Positions 16,988 through 27,471 of a stretch of 64,000 nucleotides of DNA are shown in pieces. The notes below the pieces were generated by a model. The model had not been told where the DNA came from and made no database searches. It saw only the letters and a list, made by a program, of their open reading frames with translations. The DNA comes from an uncultured Alphaproteobacteria bacterium. GTDB taxonomy: Bacteria > Pseudomonadota > Alphaproteobacteria > Caulobacterales > Caulobacteraceae. The stretch covers positions 3,508 to 67,507 of the forward strand of contig CAWDPL010000018.1 of the NCBI GenBank assembly GCA_963804105.1. Direction: 5' to 3'. The position numbers and the translations under genes were made by a program. How positions within the stretch are numbered: position 1 is the first letter of the stretch; each line of letters begins with the position of its first letter.

Positions 16988-19201
16988 GTGTTCCATCCGC
17001 CCTCGATCGATATCGCCCGCGCTCGGATTCGCTTCGGCCAGAACGCCGATGGATCGCCCGATCGGCGCGCCGCCACGCCGAGCGGCCTTCTGGCAAGTTG
17101 GCCCGAATATGCGATCGACGCCCTTCAGCGCGGTGCTCTGTTCCTCGATCTGTTGCGGCAGCGCGGCAACGAGGAGATCGAGATCACCTCGCGGCCTCTG
17201 GCCACTTTGCTCAGTTTCGATCACGAAGTGCTGATGAGCGGCCTGTCGCTGCCGCGGCCGATCAACTATTCGCTTTCACGCATCCTCCCACCGCCGCGCG
17301 TGACGATCGACCCATGCAAACGGCCGGTGGTGGTGATCGACCCTCGGGCCGGCCAGGGATCGGGCATCGGCGGCTTCAAGGCCCAGAGCGAGATCGGCGA
17401 CGCCCTCGCCGCCGGCCATCCAGTCTACTTCATCGGCTTCGGGGCGATGCCCGCGCCGGACCAGCAGTTCCTGGACGTCGTCGAGGGACAGGTGAAGTTC
17501 TTCGAGCGCGTGGCCGAGTTGCATCCCCACGCCCCCCGCCCCTTCGCCATCGGCAATTGCCAGGCCGGCTATCAGACGCTGATGGTGGCCATGCTCAGGC
17601 CGGACCTGTTTGGCCCGTGCCTGGTCGTCGGCTCGCCGATGTCCTACTGGCAGGGCGTGCGCGGCAAGGACCCGATGCGCTATTCCGCTGGCCTGTCGGG
17701 CGGCAGTTGGATCACCGCCATGACCAGCGATCTGGGCGACGGCCTGTTCGACGGCGTCTGGCTGATCCTGAACTTCGACAGCCTGAACCCAGCCAACACG
17801 CTTTGGGGCAAGCAGTACCAAGTCTACGCGGACATTGACGCGGGCGCCGACCGCTACCTCCAGTTCGAGAAGTGGTGGGGCGATTTCATCCAGCTGAACG
17901 GCGACGAGTTGCAGTTCCTGGTGGACGACCTGTTCATCGGCGACAAACTCGCCCGGACCGCCCTGCACGCCAGCGACGGAACAACGTTCGACGTGCGGAG
18001 GATCACGTCCCCCATCGTCGCGTTCGCCTCCTCCGAAGACAATATTAGCCCGCCGCCGCAGGCCCTGGGCTGGATTCTGGACGTGTACAGGGACGTGGAG
18101 GACATCCGGACCGCCGGACAGACGATCATCTACGCCCTGAACCACAAGGTGGGGCATCTGGCGCTGTTTGTCTCGGCCAAGGTGGGCGCCAAAGAGGACG
18201 AAGAGTTCGTGCAGTCGATGGACGTCATCGACTGCCTGCCGGCCGGCCTCTACGAGATGATCATTTCGCCCCGGCCGGCGGATCTGGCGTCGGGCGGTCT
18301 GGTCGAGGACGACTGGATCGCCCGTTTCGAGGCGCGTTCGCTGGACGACATCCGCGCTCTGGGGCGCAACAGCCCCGAGGACGACCGCGCCTTCGCCGCG
18401 GTAGCCCGGCTGTCGGCGCTGAACCTTTCCGCCTACCGCAGGTTCATGCAGCCCTGGGTGCGAGCCTTCTCCAATCCGCTGACGGCCCAACTGGCTCGGG
18501 ACTTGAACCCCCTCAGGCTCAGCTACACCGCCTTCGCCGACGGCAACCCCTGGATGACCGGGGTCAAGGGACTGGCCGCCGAGGCCAAGGCCCAGCGCAG
18601 GCCGGTGGCGAACGACAATCCCTTCCTGACGCTGCAGACGCAGATCTCCGATCAGATCACCGCGGGGCTGGACGCCTATCGCGCGGCGCGCGACCAGATG
18701 TCCGAGCGGATGTTCTTCGGCTTCTACGGCTCGCCTGTGGTGCAGGCGCTGCTCGGCGTAGGCGACGACGTGCGCCCTCCCCCGGGGCCCGTGTCCGAAC
18801 AACCGGCGCCCAGCGTGGCCAAGGCCTGCGCGGCGAAACTGGAGGCCGGCGGCTTCGATGAAGCCCTGGCCCGGGCGGTGCTGTTCGTGACCGCGGCCGA
18901 GCGGATGGTCGATCCGTATTGCGCCCTGGCGCTGAGCCGCGCCCGCCAACATCTGGCCCATCTGTCGCTCGACCAGTTCAAGGCGCTGGTGCGCGGCCAG
19001 TTCTCCATCCTGCAGATCATGCAAGACGAGGCGGTGCAGGCCCTGTCCGCCCTCATCCCCAAGGCGGACGACCGCAAGATCTTGCTTGAGCGGGTGCGGA
19101 CCATCGTCGGCGCCGCGGCCGAAAGGGACCGTCTCGCCCGGCTGTCGCGGGTCTGGGCCCCGCCCTCGACCGCAGACCTCGCCCCCGCCCACCGCGCCTG
19201 A
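16988..19201 (+). CDS. DUF3141-family alpha/beta-hydrolase-like protein (often annotated as 3-hydroxyalkanoate synthetase-like)
   Basis: Intact ORF. GTG at 16988 is preceded by aggaaag. YAIDALQRGALFLDLLRQRGNEEIEI...PVVVIDPRAGQGSGIGGFKAQSEIGDAL..GHPVYFIGF...FAIGNCQAGYQTLMVA...GGSWITAMTSDLGDG. Confidence 0.65.
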   Translation: MFHPPSIDIARARIRFGQNADGSPDRRAATPSGLLASWPEYAIDALQRGALFLDLLRQRGNEEIEITSRPLATLLSFDHEVLMSGLSLPRPINYSLSRILPPPRVTIDPCKRPVVVIDPRAGQGSGIGGFKAQSEIGDALAAGHPVYFIGFGAMPAPDQQFLDVVEGQVKFFERVAELHPHAPRPFAIGNCQAGYQTLMVAMLRPDLFGPCLVVGSPMSYWQGVRGKDPMRYSAGLSGGSWITAMTSDLGDGLFDGVWLILNFDSLNPANTLWGKQYQVYADIDAGADRYLQFEKWWGDFIQLNGDELQFLVDDLFIGDKLARTALHASDGTTFDVRRITSPIVAFASSEDNISPPPQALGWILDVYRDVEDIRTAGQTIIYALNHKVGHLALFVSAKVGAKEDEEFVQSMDVIDCLPAGLYEMIISPRPADLASGGLVEDDWIARFEARSLDDIRALGRNSPEDDRAFAAVARLSALNLSAYRRFMQPWVRAFSNPLTAQLARDLNPLRLSYTAFADGNPWMTGVKGLAAEAKAQRRPVANDNPFLTLQTQISDQITAGLDAYRAARDQMSERMFFGFYGSPVVQALLGVGDDVRPPPGPVSEQPAPSVAKACAAKLEAGGFDEALARAVLFVTAAERMVDPYCALALSRARQHLAHLSLDQFKALVRGQFSILQIMQDEAVQALSALIPKADDRKILLERVRTIVGAAAERDRLARLSRVWAPPSTADLAPAHRA

Positions 19202-19217
19202 CGAAGCGGAGTCCGAC

Positions 19218-20579
19218 GTGCCTGTCCTCGTGAACAAGACCTTCGAAGAAATCGCCCTCGGCGACACCGTGTCCATCGAGCGCACGCTGCAGGTTGGCGA
19301 CATGAGGGCCTGGGCGGCGGCCTTCGGCGATGCCGATCCGCTCACCGGACCAGGCGAGAGCCAAGTCGCCTCCGGCATTGTCACCGCCTTGCTGACCGCA
19401 TTGGCGGGATCGGCGCTGCCCGGACCCGGGTCTTCGATCCGTGCGGCCTCGGTGCAAATGCTGGGTCTGCTGCCCGTCGGCGCGGCGGTGACGGCCCAGC
19501 TCGTCGCGCGCGAGAAGCGGCCCGATCAAGGCGTGGTGATGCTGGATGGCAGTTGCACGGACGCCGCCGGAAAGATCGTGGCGACCGCCGTGCTGGAGGT
19601 GCTGGCGCCGACCACGCGGCTGGAGCGCCAGGTCCCCGACCACCGGCTCGAGGGCCTGGTGGCGCTTTGCCGAGACCTCAAGCCCATGCCGACAGGCGTA
19701 GTTCATCCCTGCAGCGCGGAGGCCCTGGCCGGCGCGGTGGAGGCCGCCGAGGCCGGGCTGATCGTGCCGGTGCTGTTCGGCCCCGAGGCCGAGGTCCGAC
19801 GCGTCGCCGACCAGGCCGGCCTCGACATTTCCGCTTGCCGAATCACGCCCTCCGACGGCGCCGAGGACTCGGCGCTCAAGGCCGCCATGGCGGCCGGTCG
19901 GGGCGAGGTCGCGGCGCTGATGAAGGGCAGCTTGCATAGCGACGTGTTCCTGCACGCCATCATGCAGGCCGACGCCAAGCTGCGCACTGGGCGGCTGATC
20001 AGCCATTGCGCCCTGGTGTCGGCGCCGACCTACGGCCGCCGCTTCATCATCAGCGACGCGGCTTTGAACATTGCGCCAAACACCGACCAGAAGCGCGACA
20101 TCTGCCAGAACGCGATCGGCTTCGCCCGCGCGCTCGGCGTCGATACGCCGAAAGTGGCCGTGCTGGCGGCGGTGGAAATGGTCAATACGGCGATGCCGGC
20201 GTCCCTGGACGGAGCGATCCTGGCGAAGATGGCGGACCGCGGCCAGATCGTGGGCGGTGTTGTCGACGGTCCCCTCGATCTGGACGCAGCTGTGGACCCG
20301 GAGGCGGCGCGCATCAAGCATATCGCCTCACCCGTCGCCGGCGCCGCGGACGTGCTGATCGCGCCAAGCATCGAGGCCGGCAACATGGTCTACAAGAATC
20401 TGGCCTTCATGGCCGACGCCCAGACCGCCGGCCTGGTGGTGGGCGCCCGAGTTCCGCTGATCCTGACCAGCCGCGCCGACGCCGCCCCCGCACGCATCTT
20501 CTCCGCCGCGGCGGCCGTCCTTTACGCCGATGCGCTGGCGCGCGATCCGAAGAGTCTCCTGCCTGACGTGGCGGAGTGA
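19218..20579 (+). CDS. pta: bifunctional MaoC-like enoyl-CoA hydratase / phosphate acetyl(butyryl)transferase
   Basis: The N-terminal hot-dog segment is VNKTFEEIALGDTVSIERTLQVGDMRAWAAAFGDADPL. The C-terminal Pta/Ptb domain is VVHPCSAEALAGAVEAAEAGLIVPVLFGPE...ALMKGSLHSDVFLHAIM...FIISDAALNIAPNTDQKRDI..NAIGFARALG...VLIAPSIEAGNMVYKNL. Confidence 0.8.
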   Translation: MPVLVNKTFEEIALGDTVSIERTLQVGDMRAWAAAFGDADPLTGPGESQVASGIVTALLTALAGSALPGPGSSIRAASVQMLGLLPVGAAVTAQLVAREKRPDQGVVMLDGSCTDAAGKIVATAVLEVLAPTTRLERQVPDHRLEGLVALCRDLKPMPTGVVHPCSAEALAGAVEAAEAGLIVPVLFGPEAEVRRVADQAGLDISACRITPSDGAEDSALKAAMAAGRGEVAALMKGSLHSDVFLHAIMQADAKLRTGRLISHCALVSAPTYGRRFIISDAALNIAPNTDQKRDICQNAIGFARALGVDTPKVAVLAAVEMVNTAMPASLDGAILAKMADRGQIVGGVVDGPLDLDAAVDPEAARIKHIASPVAGAADVLIAPSIEAGNMVYKNLAFMADAQTAGLVVGARVPLILTSRADAAPARIFSAAAAVLYADALARDPKSLLPDVAE

Positions 20580-20585
20580 CCGGCG

Positions 20586-21792
20586 ATGACCGAGATCATC
20601 CTGGTCTTCAACAGTGGGTCCACCAGCGTCAAGTTCGCCGCCTATGGGTTGGGCCAAGCCAAGACCCTGGACCTTGTCAGTCATGGCGAAATCGAGGGCC
20701 TGCCATCGGACGCGGTGTTCACGGCGAAGGACCCCGCCGGCAAGACGCTGGGCGAGAACGCCTTCCCCAAGGGCCACGAGATCGATCATCGGACGGCGCT
20801 GCATTACGTCGTCACCTGGCTCGAGCAGAACCTGGCGAACGCCAAAGTCGTCGGAGCCGGTCACCGGATCGTGCTGGGCGGGGCGCGATACGAGGCGCCG
20901 GTGCTGATCGACCGCGATGTGCTGGCCTATCTCGATACGCTCGTGGCCATGGAGCCGTCGCACCAGCCCTACAACGTGGCCGGCGCCCGAGCGCTGGCCG
21001 ACGCCTTCCCCGGTCTGCCGCAAGTCGGCTGTTTCGATACGTCCTTCCATCGGACCATGCCCGAGCTGGCCCAGACCTATGCGCTGCCCAAGGATGTGCG
21101 CGACAGCGGAGCGCGACACTGGGGCTATCACGGGATTTCCTACGAATACATCAGCCGGCAGGTCCCGAAGTTCGCGCCGATGGCGAGGCGGGTGATCGTC
21201 GCCCATCTAGGCGGCGGCGCCAGCATGTGCGCCATGCTGGACGCGAAAAGCATCGAAACGACCATGGGGTTCGGCGGCCATTACCGGCCTGCCCATGGCG
21301 ACCCGCTCAGGCGACATACCGCAGGACCTGCTCTTCTACCTGCTGCGGTCCAAGCTGTTCGATGACCAGTCGCTCGAAAAGATGCTCTACGAGCGATCGG
21401 GTCTCCTGGGGTTGTCCGGTTTCAGCGGCGACATGCGCGAGCTGCAGGTCAGCGACGATCCGCGGGCCGTCCAAGCCGTCGCCTACTTCGTCTACGCCAT
21501 GACCAAGGTGGTCGGCGCCTATGCGTCGGTGCTGGGGGGGCTGGACGCCCTCGTGTTCACCGCCGGCATCGGCGAGAATTCGGCGCCGGTGCGGGCCGGC
21601 CTATGCCGCGCCCTGGGCTGGCTCGGCGTGGCGCTCGACGAGGCGGCGAACCAAACCAACGGGCCACGCATCTCCACCGCGGACAGCCGCGTGTCGGTCT
21701 GGGTCATTCCGACAAACGAGGAATTGATGATCGCCCAGCACACGCTGGCGCTGACCAAGGCGCAAGGATCGAACCATGTTCAAGTCGATTGA
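20586..21792 (+). pseudogene. ackA: acetate (propionate) kinase, one frameshift near 21280
   Basis: MTEIILVFNSGSTSVKFAAYG...VGAGHRIVLGGARY...EPSHQPYNVAGARAL...QVGCFDTSFHRTMPE...WGYHGISYEYI...VIVAHLGGGASMCAM, then LPMATRSGDIPQDLLFYLL...LVFTAGIGENSAPVRAGLC...VWVIPTNEELMIA. Confidence 0.85.
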
Positions 21793-22156
21793 GGGCCTAC
21801 CCGCAGATGTACTGGCAATCGAAGCCAGTGGGCAGATCACCGACCAGGACTATCGCGGCACATTAATACCCCTCGCCGAATGCTTACTGGCCAAGGGTCC
21901 GATCAAGATGCTTTACGTCATCGGATCCGATTTCACCGGCTTTGATCTCGCGGCGCTTTGGGACGACAGCGCCTTCGGCTTCAGCCACTGGCACGACTTC
22001 AGCCGGATCGCATTGGTTACAGATCACGCCTGGATGTGTGGCGCGGTCACCATGTTCAAGCCCTTCTTTCAAGGGGAGGTGCGCCTGTTTCGGCTCGCGC
22101 AATTGTCCGCCGCGAAGGACTGGATCACGGCTCCGCTGGCGGGCGCACGGTCATGA
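21776..22156 (+). CDS. STAS/SpoIIAA-like (DUF3478-type) protein
   Basis: MFKSIEGLPADVLAIEASGQITDQDYRGTLIPLAECLLAKGPIKMLYVIGSDFTGFDLAALWDDSAFGFSHWHDFSRIALVTDHAWM. Its stop overlaps the ATG of the ATPase (ATGA at 22153-22156). Confidence 0.55.
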   Translation: MFKSIEGLPADVLAIEASGQITDQDYRGTLIPLAECLLAKGPIKMLYVIGSDFTGFDLAALWDDSAFGFSHWHDFSRIALVTDHAWMCGAVTMFKPFFQGEVRLFRLAQLSAAKDWITAPLAGARS

Positions 22157-24717
22157 CAAATTCCCAGAAGCAGAGCGCCAAGCCAGCGCACGCGCACAAG
22201 AACGCCAAGCCGCCAGCCAAGACGGCGCACCACGCCGTGGCTGAGAGGCCGGGCTCGAAGCCCGATCCGAACGAAGCCCTCAAATCGATGTCCATGGCCG
22301 ATCTGGTCGCCAAGCTGGAGTCCTCGGCCGACGGCCTGACGCAGGCCGAGGCGCAGAAGCGGCTGACCCAATACGGCCCCAACGAACTTGAGGAGAAAAA
22401 GACCAACGAGGTCCTGAAATTCCTCGGCTACTTCTGGGGTCCGATCCCGTGGATGATCGAGGCGGCGGTGATCCTTTCGGCGGTCGCCAGGCATTGGCCG
22501 GACTTCGGCATCATCCTGCTGCTGCTGGTCGCCAATGCCGTGGTCGGTTTCTGGGAAGAGCATCAGGCGGGCAATGCGATCGCCGCCCTGAAGGCCAAGC
22601 TCGCGGTCAAGGCCAGGGTGGAGCGGGACGGCAAGTGGGTGCAGCCGCCCGCCAGAGAACTCGTGCCCGGCGATGTCATCCGCCTGCGTCTGGGCGACAT
22701 CGTCCCGGCCGACGCGCGCCTGCTCGAGGGCGACCCGATCGAGGTTGACCAGTCCGCACTGACCGGAGAATCCCTGCCCGCCACGCGAAAGCGGGGCGAG
22801 GCCGTGTTCTCCGGTTCGATCGTCCGCCAGGGCGAGATCGGCGCCCTGGTCTACGCTACGGGCGCCCACACCTACTTCGGCAAGACCGCGGAATTGGTGC
22901 AGGAGGCCCACACGGTCAGCCATTTCCAGAAGGCTGTTCTGAAGATCGGCAACTACCTGATCATTCTCGCCGTGGCCCTCGTCGCGGTGATCATCGGCGT
23001 CGCGCTCTACCGGGGCGATCCGCTCCTGACCACCTTGCAGTTCGCCTTGGTATTGACCGTCGCGGCCATCCCAGTGGCGATGCCGACGGTGCTGTCGGTG
23101 ACCATGGCTGTGGGCGCGCGCCTCCTGGCCAAGAAGGAAGCGATCGTCACCCGTTTGTCGGCGATCGAGGAACTGGCCGGGGTCGACATCCTGTGCTCGG
23201 ACAAGACAGGCACCCTGACCCAGAACAAGCTGACGCTGGGCGATCCATTCTGCCTGGATCACATGCCGGCCGATCGGGTGATCCTCAACGCCGCCCTAGC
23301 CTCGCGCGCGGACGACAAGGACGTCATCGACCTGGCGGTTGTCGGCGGCCTGAAGAACGACCAGGCCTTGAAGGGCTACCAAGTTGTCCATTTCCAACCG
23401 TTCGACGCGGTGCAAAAGCGCACCGAGGCCACGGTGAAGGGCGCCGACGGCAAGCAATTCAAAGTCGCCAAGGGCGCGCCCCAGGTGATCCTGGCTTTGG
23501 CGTCCAACGCCAAGACGGTGAAGGCGGCCGTCGACAAGGCGGTCGACGATTTCGCGGCGCGCGGCTTTCGCGCCTTGGGCGTGGCGCGGGCCGACGGGGA
23601 CGGCGAATGGCGCATGCTCGGCGTACTGCCGTTGTTCGATCCGCCGCGGGACGACGCCAAGGCGACGGTCGCGACCGCGCGGACAATGGGCGTCAGCGTC
23701 AAGATGGTGACCGGCGACGCCATCGCCATCGCCCAGGAGACCGCCAAGAAGCTGGGGATGGGAACGAACATTCTAGACGCCAGCGGCTTCGGCGACTCCA
23801 AACGCCACGAAACGAAGGCTTTGTCCGCGTTGATCGAGACGGCGGACGGCTTCGCTCAGGTCTTTCCGGAGCACAAATTCCACATCGTCGATGTCCTGCA
23901 GAAGGCCGGCCACATCGTCGGCATGACCGGCGATGGGGTGAACGACGCCCCGGCGTTGAAGAAGGCCGATTGCGGGATCGCCGTTTCCGGCGCCACAGAC
24001 GCTGCGCGGGCGGCGGCGGCCATCGTGCTGATGACGCCGGGTCTTTCGGTGATCATCGACGCGATCAAGGAGAGCCGGCGCATATTCCAGCGGATGAACA
24101 GCTACGCCATTTACCGCATCGCCGAGACGCTGCGGGTTCTGCTGTTCATGACCCTGGCGATCCTGGTGTTCAATTTCTATCCCGTGACGGCGGTGATGAT
24201 CGTCATGCTGGCTCTGCTCAACGACGGCGCCATCCTCTCGATCGCCTATGACAACGTGCATTACAGGAACCAGCCCGAAGCCTGGAACATGCGCGTTGTT
24301 TTAGGCGTCTCCACCGTGCTGGGAGTGGTCGGCGTTATCGCCGCCTTTGGACTTTTCTACCTGGCCGACCGCGTGTTTCATCTCGACCGGGCGCACATCC
24401 AGACGCTGATGTACCTGAAGCTCTCGGTCGCCGGCCACTTGACGATCTTCCTGACCCGCACGCGGGGGCCGTTCTGGTCGATCCGCCCGGCGCGGATTCT
24501 GCTGATAGCGGTATTCGGCACCCAGGCCGTGGCGACCCTGATCGCGGTCTACGGTCTGTTCATGACCCCGCTCGGCTGGGGCTGGGCGGCGTTCGTGTGG
24601 GGTTACGCACTGGCCTGGTTCCTGGTGAACGACCGCGTGAAGCTGCTGGCCTACCGGATACTCGATCTGTTGGGCGCGGCGTCGAAGCCGCCGGTTTTGA
24701 CGCCACAGGTCGCCTGA
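22153..24717 (+). CDS. P-type ATPase, plasma-membrane proton-efflux (type IIIA)-like
   Basis: Intact [74 protein letters not shown], with 10 predicted TM segments. Confidence 0.8.
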   Translation: MTNSQKQSAKPAHAHKNAKPPAKTAHHAVAERPGSKPDPNEALKSMSMADLVAKLESSADGLTQAEAQKRLTQYGPNELEEKKTNEVLKFLGYFWGPIPWMIEAAVILSAVARHWPDFGIILLLLVANAVVGFWEEHQAGNAIAALKAKLAVKARVERDGKWVQPPARELVPGDVIRLRLGDIVPADARLLEGDPIEVDQSALTGESLPATRKRGEAVFSGSIVRQGEIGALVYATGAHTYFGKTAELVQEAHTVSHFQKAVLKIGNYLIILAVALVAVIIGVALYRGDPLLTTLQFALVLTVAAIPVAMPTVLSVTMAVGARLLAKKEAIVTRLSAIEELAGVDILCSDKTGTLTQNKLTLGDPFCLDHMPADRVILNAALASRADDKDVIDLAVVGGLKNDQALKGYQVVHFQPFDAVQKRTEATVKGADGKQFKVAKGAPQVILALASNAKTVKAAVDKAVDDFAARGFRALGVARADGDGEWRMLGVLPLFDPPRDDAKATVATARTMGVSVKMVTGDAIAIAQETAKKLGMGTNILDASGFGDSKRHETKALSALIETADGFAQVFPEHKFHIVDVLQKAGHIVGMTGDGVNDAPALKKADCGIAVSGATDAARAAAAIVLMTPGLSVIIDAIKESRRIFQRMNSYAIYRIAETLRVLLFMTLAILVFNFYPVTAVMIVMLALLNDGAILSIAYDNVHYRNQPEAWNMRVVLGVSTVLGVVGVIAAFGLFYLADRVFHLDRAHIQTLMYLKLSVAGHLTIFLTRTRGPFWSIRPARILLIAVFGTQAVATLIAVYGLFMTPLGWGWAAFVWGYALAWFLVNDRVKLLAYRILDLLGAASKPPVLTPQVA

Positions 24718-24745
24718 TGATCGGACCGTGGTCGAAAGGGACAAG

Positions 24746-25615
24746 ATGAAAATCCACACCAAGGACTTTCGCGTGGCCGAGGGCGAGGACGTCGACCTGG
24801 GGAATTGGCCGACCAAGGCCGAGCCCGTCTACAAATCGAAGGACCAGTACAAGAAGCTGCTGGAGGACCACGTCCAGCGGCTAAGCGATCAGCAGCAGCT
24901 CCTGTACGCCTCGAACCGCCACGCGATCCTTCTGATTTTTCAGGCGATGGATGCGGCCGGCAAAGACGGCGCGATCCGGCACGTGATGTCGGGGGTCAAT
25001 CCCCAGGGCTGCCAGGTATTCAGCTTTAAACATCCCAGCGCGGCCGAGTTGGAGCACGACTTCCTCTGGCGCACCACGCGCGACCTGCCGGCGCGCGGGA
25101 AGATCGGCATCTTCAATCGATCCTATTATGAGGAAGTGCTGATCGCGCGTGTGCATCCCGAAATTCTCGAAAGCGAAGGCGTCCCGGACGCAAGCCACGC
25201 CGACAAGGGGGTTTGGCGCGACCGCTATCGTTCGATCGTGGACCTGGAAAGGCACCTGCACGCCAATGGGACACGCATCGTGAAGGTCTTCCTCCACCTT
25301 TCAAAAGACGAGCAGCGCAAGCGCTTCCTTGAGCGGATCGACCAGCCCGAAAAGAACTGGAAATTCAGCCAGGCCGACATCGAGGAGCGGAAATTCTGGA
25401 AGCACTACATGAAGGCCTACGAGCAGTGTCTCAGCGCGACCAGCACGGCGGACTCACCATGGTATGTCGTCCCGGCCGACGACAAGGAGAACGCCCGGCT
25501 GATCGTATCCCAAATCATTCTGGACCTCCTGGATGGGCTCAAAATGACTTACCCGAAGACGACCGAAGAACGGCGAAAGGAGCTTTTGTCGATCCGAGCC
25601 CAACTCGCCGAATGA
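24746..25615 (+). CDS. ppk2: polyphosphate kinase 2 family protein (polyP:nucleotide phosphotransferase)
   Basis: [80 protein letters not shown]...[28 protein letters not shown]...[14 protein letters not shown]. Confidence 0.85.
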   Translation: MKIHTKDFRVAEGEDVDLGNWPTKAEPVYKSKDQYKKLLEDHVQRLSDQQQLLYASNRHAILLIFQAMDAAGKDGAIRHVMSGVNPQGCQVFSFKHPSAAELEHDFLWRTTRDLPARGKIGIFNRSYYEEVLIARVHPEILESEGVPDASHADKGVWRDRYRSIVDLERHLHANGTRIVKVFLHLSKDEQRKRFLERIDQPEKNWKFSQADIEERKFWKHYMKAYEQCLSATSTADSPWYVVPADDKENARLIVSQIILDLLDGLKMTYPKTTEERRKELLSIRAQLAE

Positions 25616-25620
25616 GGCAT

Positions 25621-25712
25621 CCCCTGCCCGCCTGATCAGCGCCATCATCACCGAACGCGGCGTATGCGCGGCAAGCGCGGAGGGTCTGCGAGGGCTGTAT
25701 CCGGAGACGGCG
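25621..25712. repeat. right copy of the 92-bp direct repeat (orphan mtnA 3' fragment)
   Basis: 91 of 92 nt are identical to 16500-16591. It lies between the ppk2 stop (25615) and the stop of the convergent gene (25726). Confidence 0.95.
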
Positions 25713-25725
25713 GGCGGTCCGTTCA

Positions 25726-27380
25726 TCACGCCCGGCGCGTCAAGAACTCCCTCTCGGCCTGAGGATTGACGAGTTCGAAGCTGTGCGCTTGGGCCATGTC
25801 CCAGGCGTTGCGATAGAAATCGTGGGGGCATTCGCCGCTTAGCAGTTCGCCCGGACGCAGGAATACGTGCATCGCCGAGAAGGGCTTGACCTCGGTCACG
25901 CTGATCCGCCGCACCAGGTGCTGGGGCGCCAACTGGCTGGGGTGCTCCAGGCCCGCCGCCGCCAGCATTTCGGACAAGGCCTTCAGGGTGTTGCGGTGAA
26001 AGTTATAGACCCGCTGGGCTTTGTCCTCCACCACCAGCGCGCGCTGGCGCGTGGGGTCCTGGGTGGCGACGCCGGTCGGGCAGCGGTTGGTGTTGCAATG
26101 GAGCGACTGCACGCAGCCCAGGGCGAACATGAAGCCGCGCGCGGCGTTGGCCCAGTCCGCGCCGATGGCCAGGACGCTGGCGATGTCGAAGGCGGTGACG
26201 ACCTTGCCCGCCACGCCGATGCGAATCTTGTCGCGCAGGCCCGCGCCCACCAGGGTGTTGTGCACCAGCAAGAGGCCCTCGCGCATGGGCGTGCCCATGT
26301 GGTCGGAGAATTCCACCGGGGCGCCGCGCCGGTGCCCCCTTCGCCGCCGTCCACCACGATGAAGTCCGGCCTGACGCCGGTCTCCAGCATGGCCTTGACG
26401 ATGGCCATGAATTCCCAGGCGTGTCCCAGGCACAGCTTGAAGCCCACCGGCTTGCCGCCCGAAAGTTCGCGCAGCCGGGCGATGAAGGCCATCAACTCCA
26501 GCGGCGTGGAAAAGCTGCTGTGGCGCGCCGGCGAGACGCAGTCCACGCCCATGGGCACGCCGCGCGCCTCGGAAATTTCCGGGGTCACCTTCTCGGCCGG
26601 CAATATGCCGCCGTGGCCCGGCTTGGCGCCCTGGCTCAGCTTTATCTCGATCATCTTGACCTGATCGTTGCGGGCCTGGGCGGCGAAGCGGTCAGGATCG
26701 AAACGGCCCTCGGCGGTGCGGCAGCCGAAATAGCCGCTGGCGACCTCCCACACGATGTCGCCGCCGAACTCGCGGTGGTAGCGGCTGATGCTGCCCTCGC
26801 CGGTGTCGTGATAAAAGCCGCCGAGCTTGGCGCCCTTGTTCAGGGCGCGGATGGCCGCCGCGCCAAGCGAGCCGAAGCTCATGGCCGAGATGTTGAACAC
26901 CGACGCCGAATACGGCTGGGCGCACTGGTCGCCGCCGATGGTGATGCGGAAGCTTGAGGGATCGGCGTGGTCCACCGGGCAGGTGGCGTGGCCGATGAAT
27001 TCATAGCCGTCCTGATAGACGTCCAGCAGCGTGCCGAACGCCCGCTCGGCGCCCTGGTTCTTGGCCCGCGCGTAGACCACCGAGCGCTGCACCCGTGAGA
27101 AGGGCGCGGCGTCCTCGTCGGCCTCGATCAGATACTGGCGGATTTCCGGGCGGATCAACTCCGCCAGCCAGCGCACATGGCCGAGCACCGGATAGTTGCG
27201 CAGGATGGAGTGGTGGGGCTGGAACAGGTCGTGGATGCCGACCACGGTGAAGAAGACGGCGACCACGGCGATGGCCTGGTGCCAGAACACGTGGTGGTCC
27301 CAGATGAAGGCGATCTCGAACAGCAGGATGAGCACGCAGATCGCCAGCGTGGCGTAGCGTCCGAGATTCATGGCCTTCAT
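25726..27380 (-). pseudogene. FMN-binding glutamate-synthase-family (GltB domain 2-like) membrane protein, one frameshift near 26320
   Basis: N-terminal TM helices: MKAMNLGRYATLAICVLILLFEIAFIW... Then FNISAMSFGSLGAAAIRALNKGAKLGGFYHDTGEGS, IEIKLSQGAKPGHGGILP, FIVVDGGEGGTGAAP, and in the next frame GLRDKIRIGVAGKV...LGADWANAARGFMFALGCVQSLHCNTNRCPTGVATQD. Confidence 0.75.
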
Positions 27381-27471
27381 TACGGTCCCTCAAGCGGGGT
27401 TGTCACGGCCAGGCGTCCTCCCGACTCGGCGCCTCGGCGGCAGGCTACACCCTATTGCGGTAACCGGGCCA

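Larger units (their letters stand above)
16500..25712. mobile_element. candidate integrated genomic island bounded by the 92-bp direct repeats; no integrase, transposase or excisionase detected
   Basis: Direct repeats sit 9121 bp apart. The left copy completes mtnA. The right copy is an orphan mtnA 3' fragment lying 14 nt from the stop of the convergent gene at 25726. Six cargo genes lie between the copies, all on the plus strand. Confidence 0.4.
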
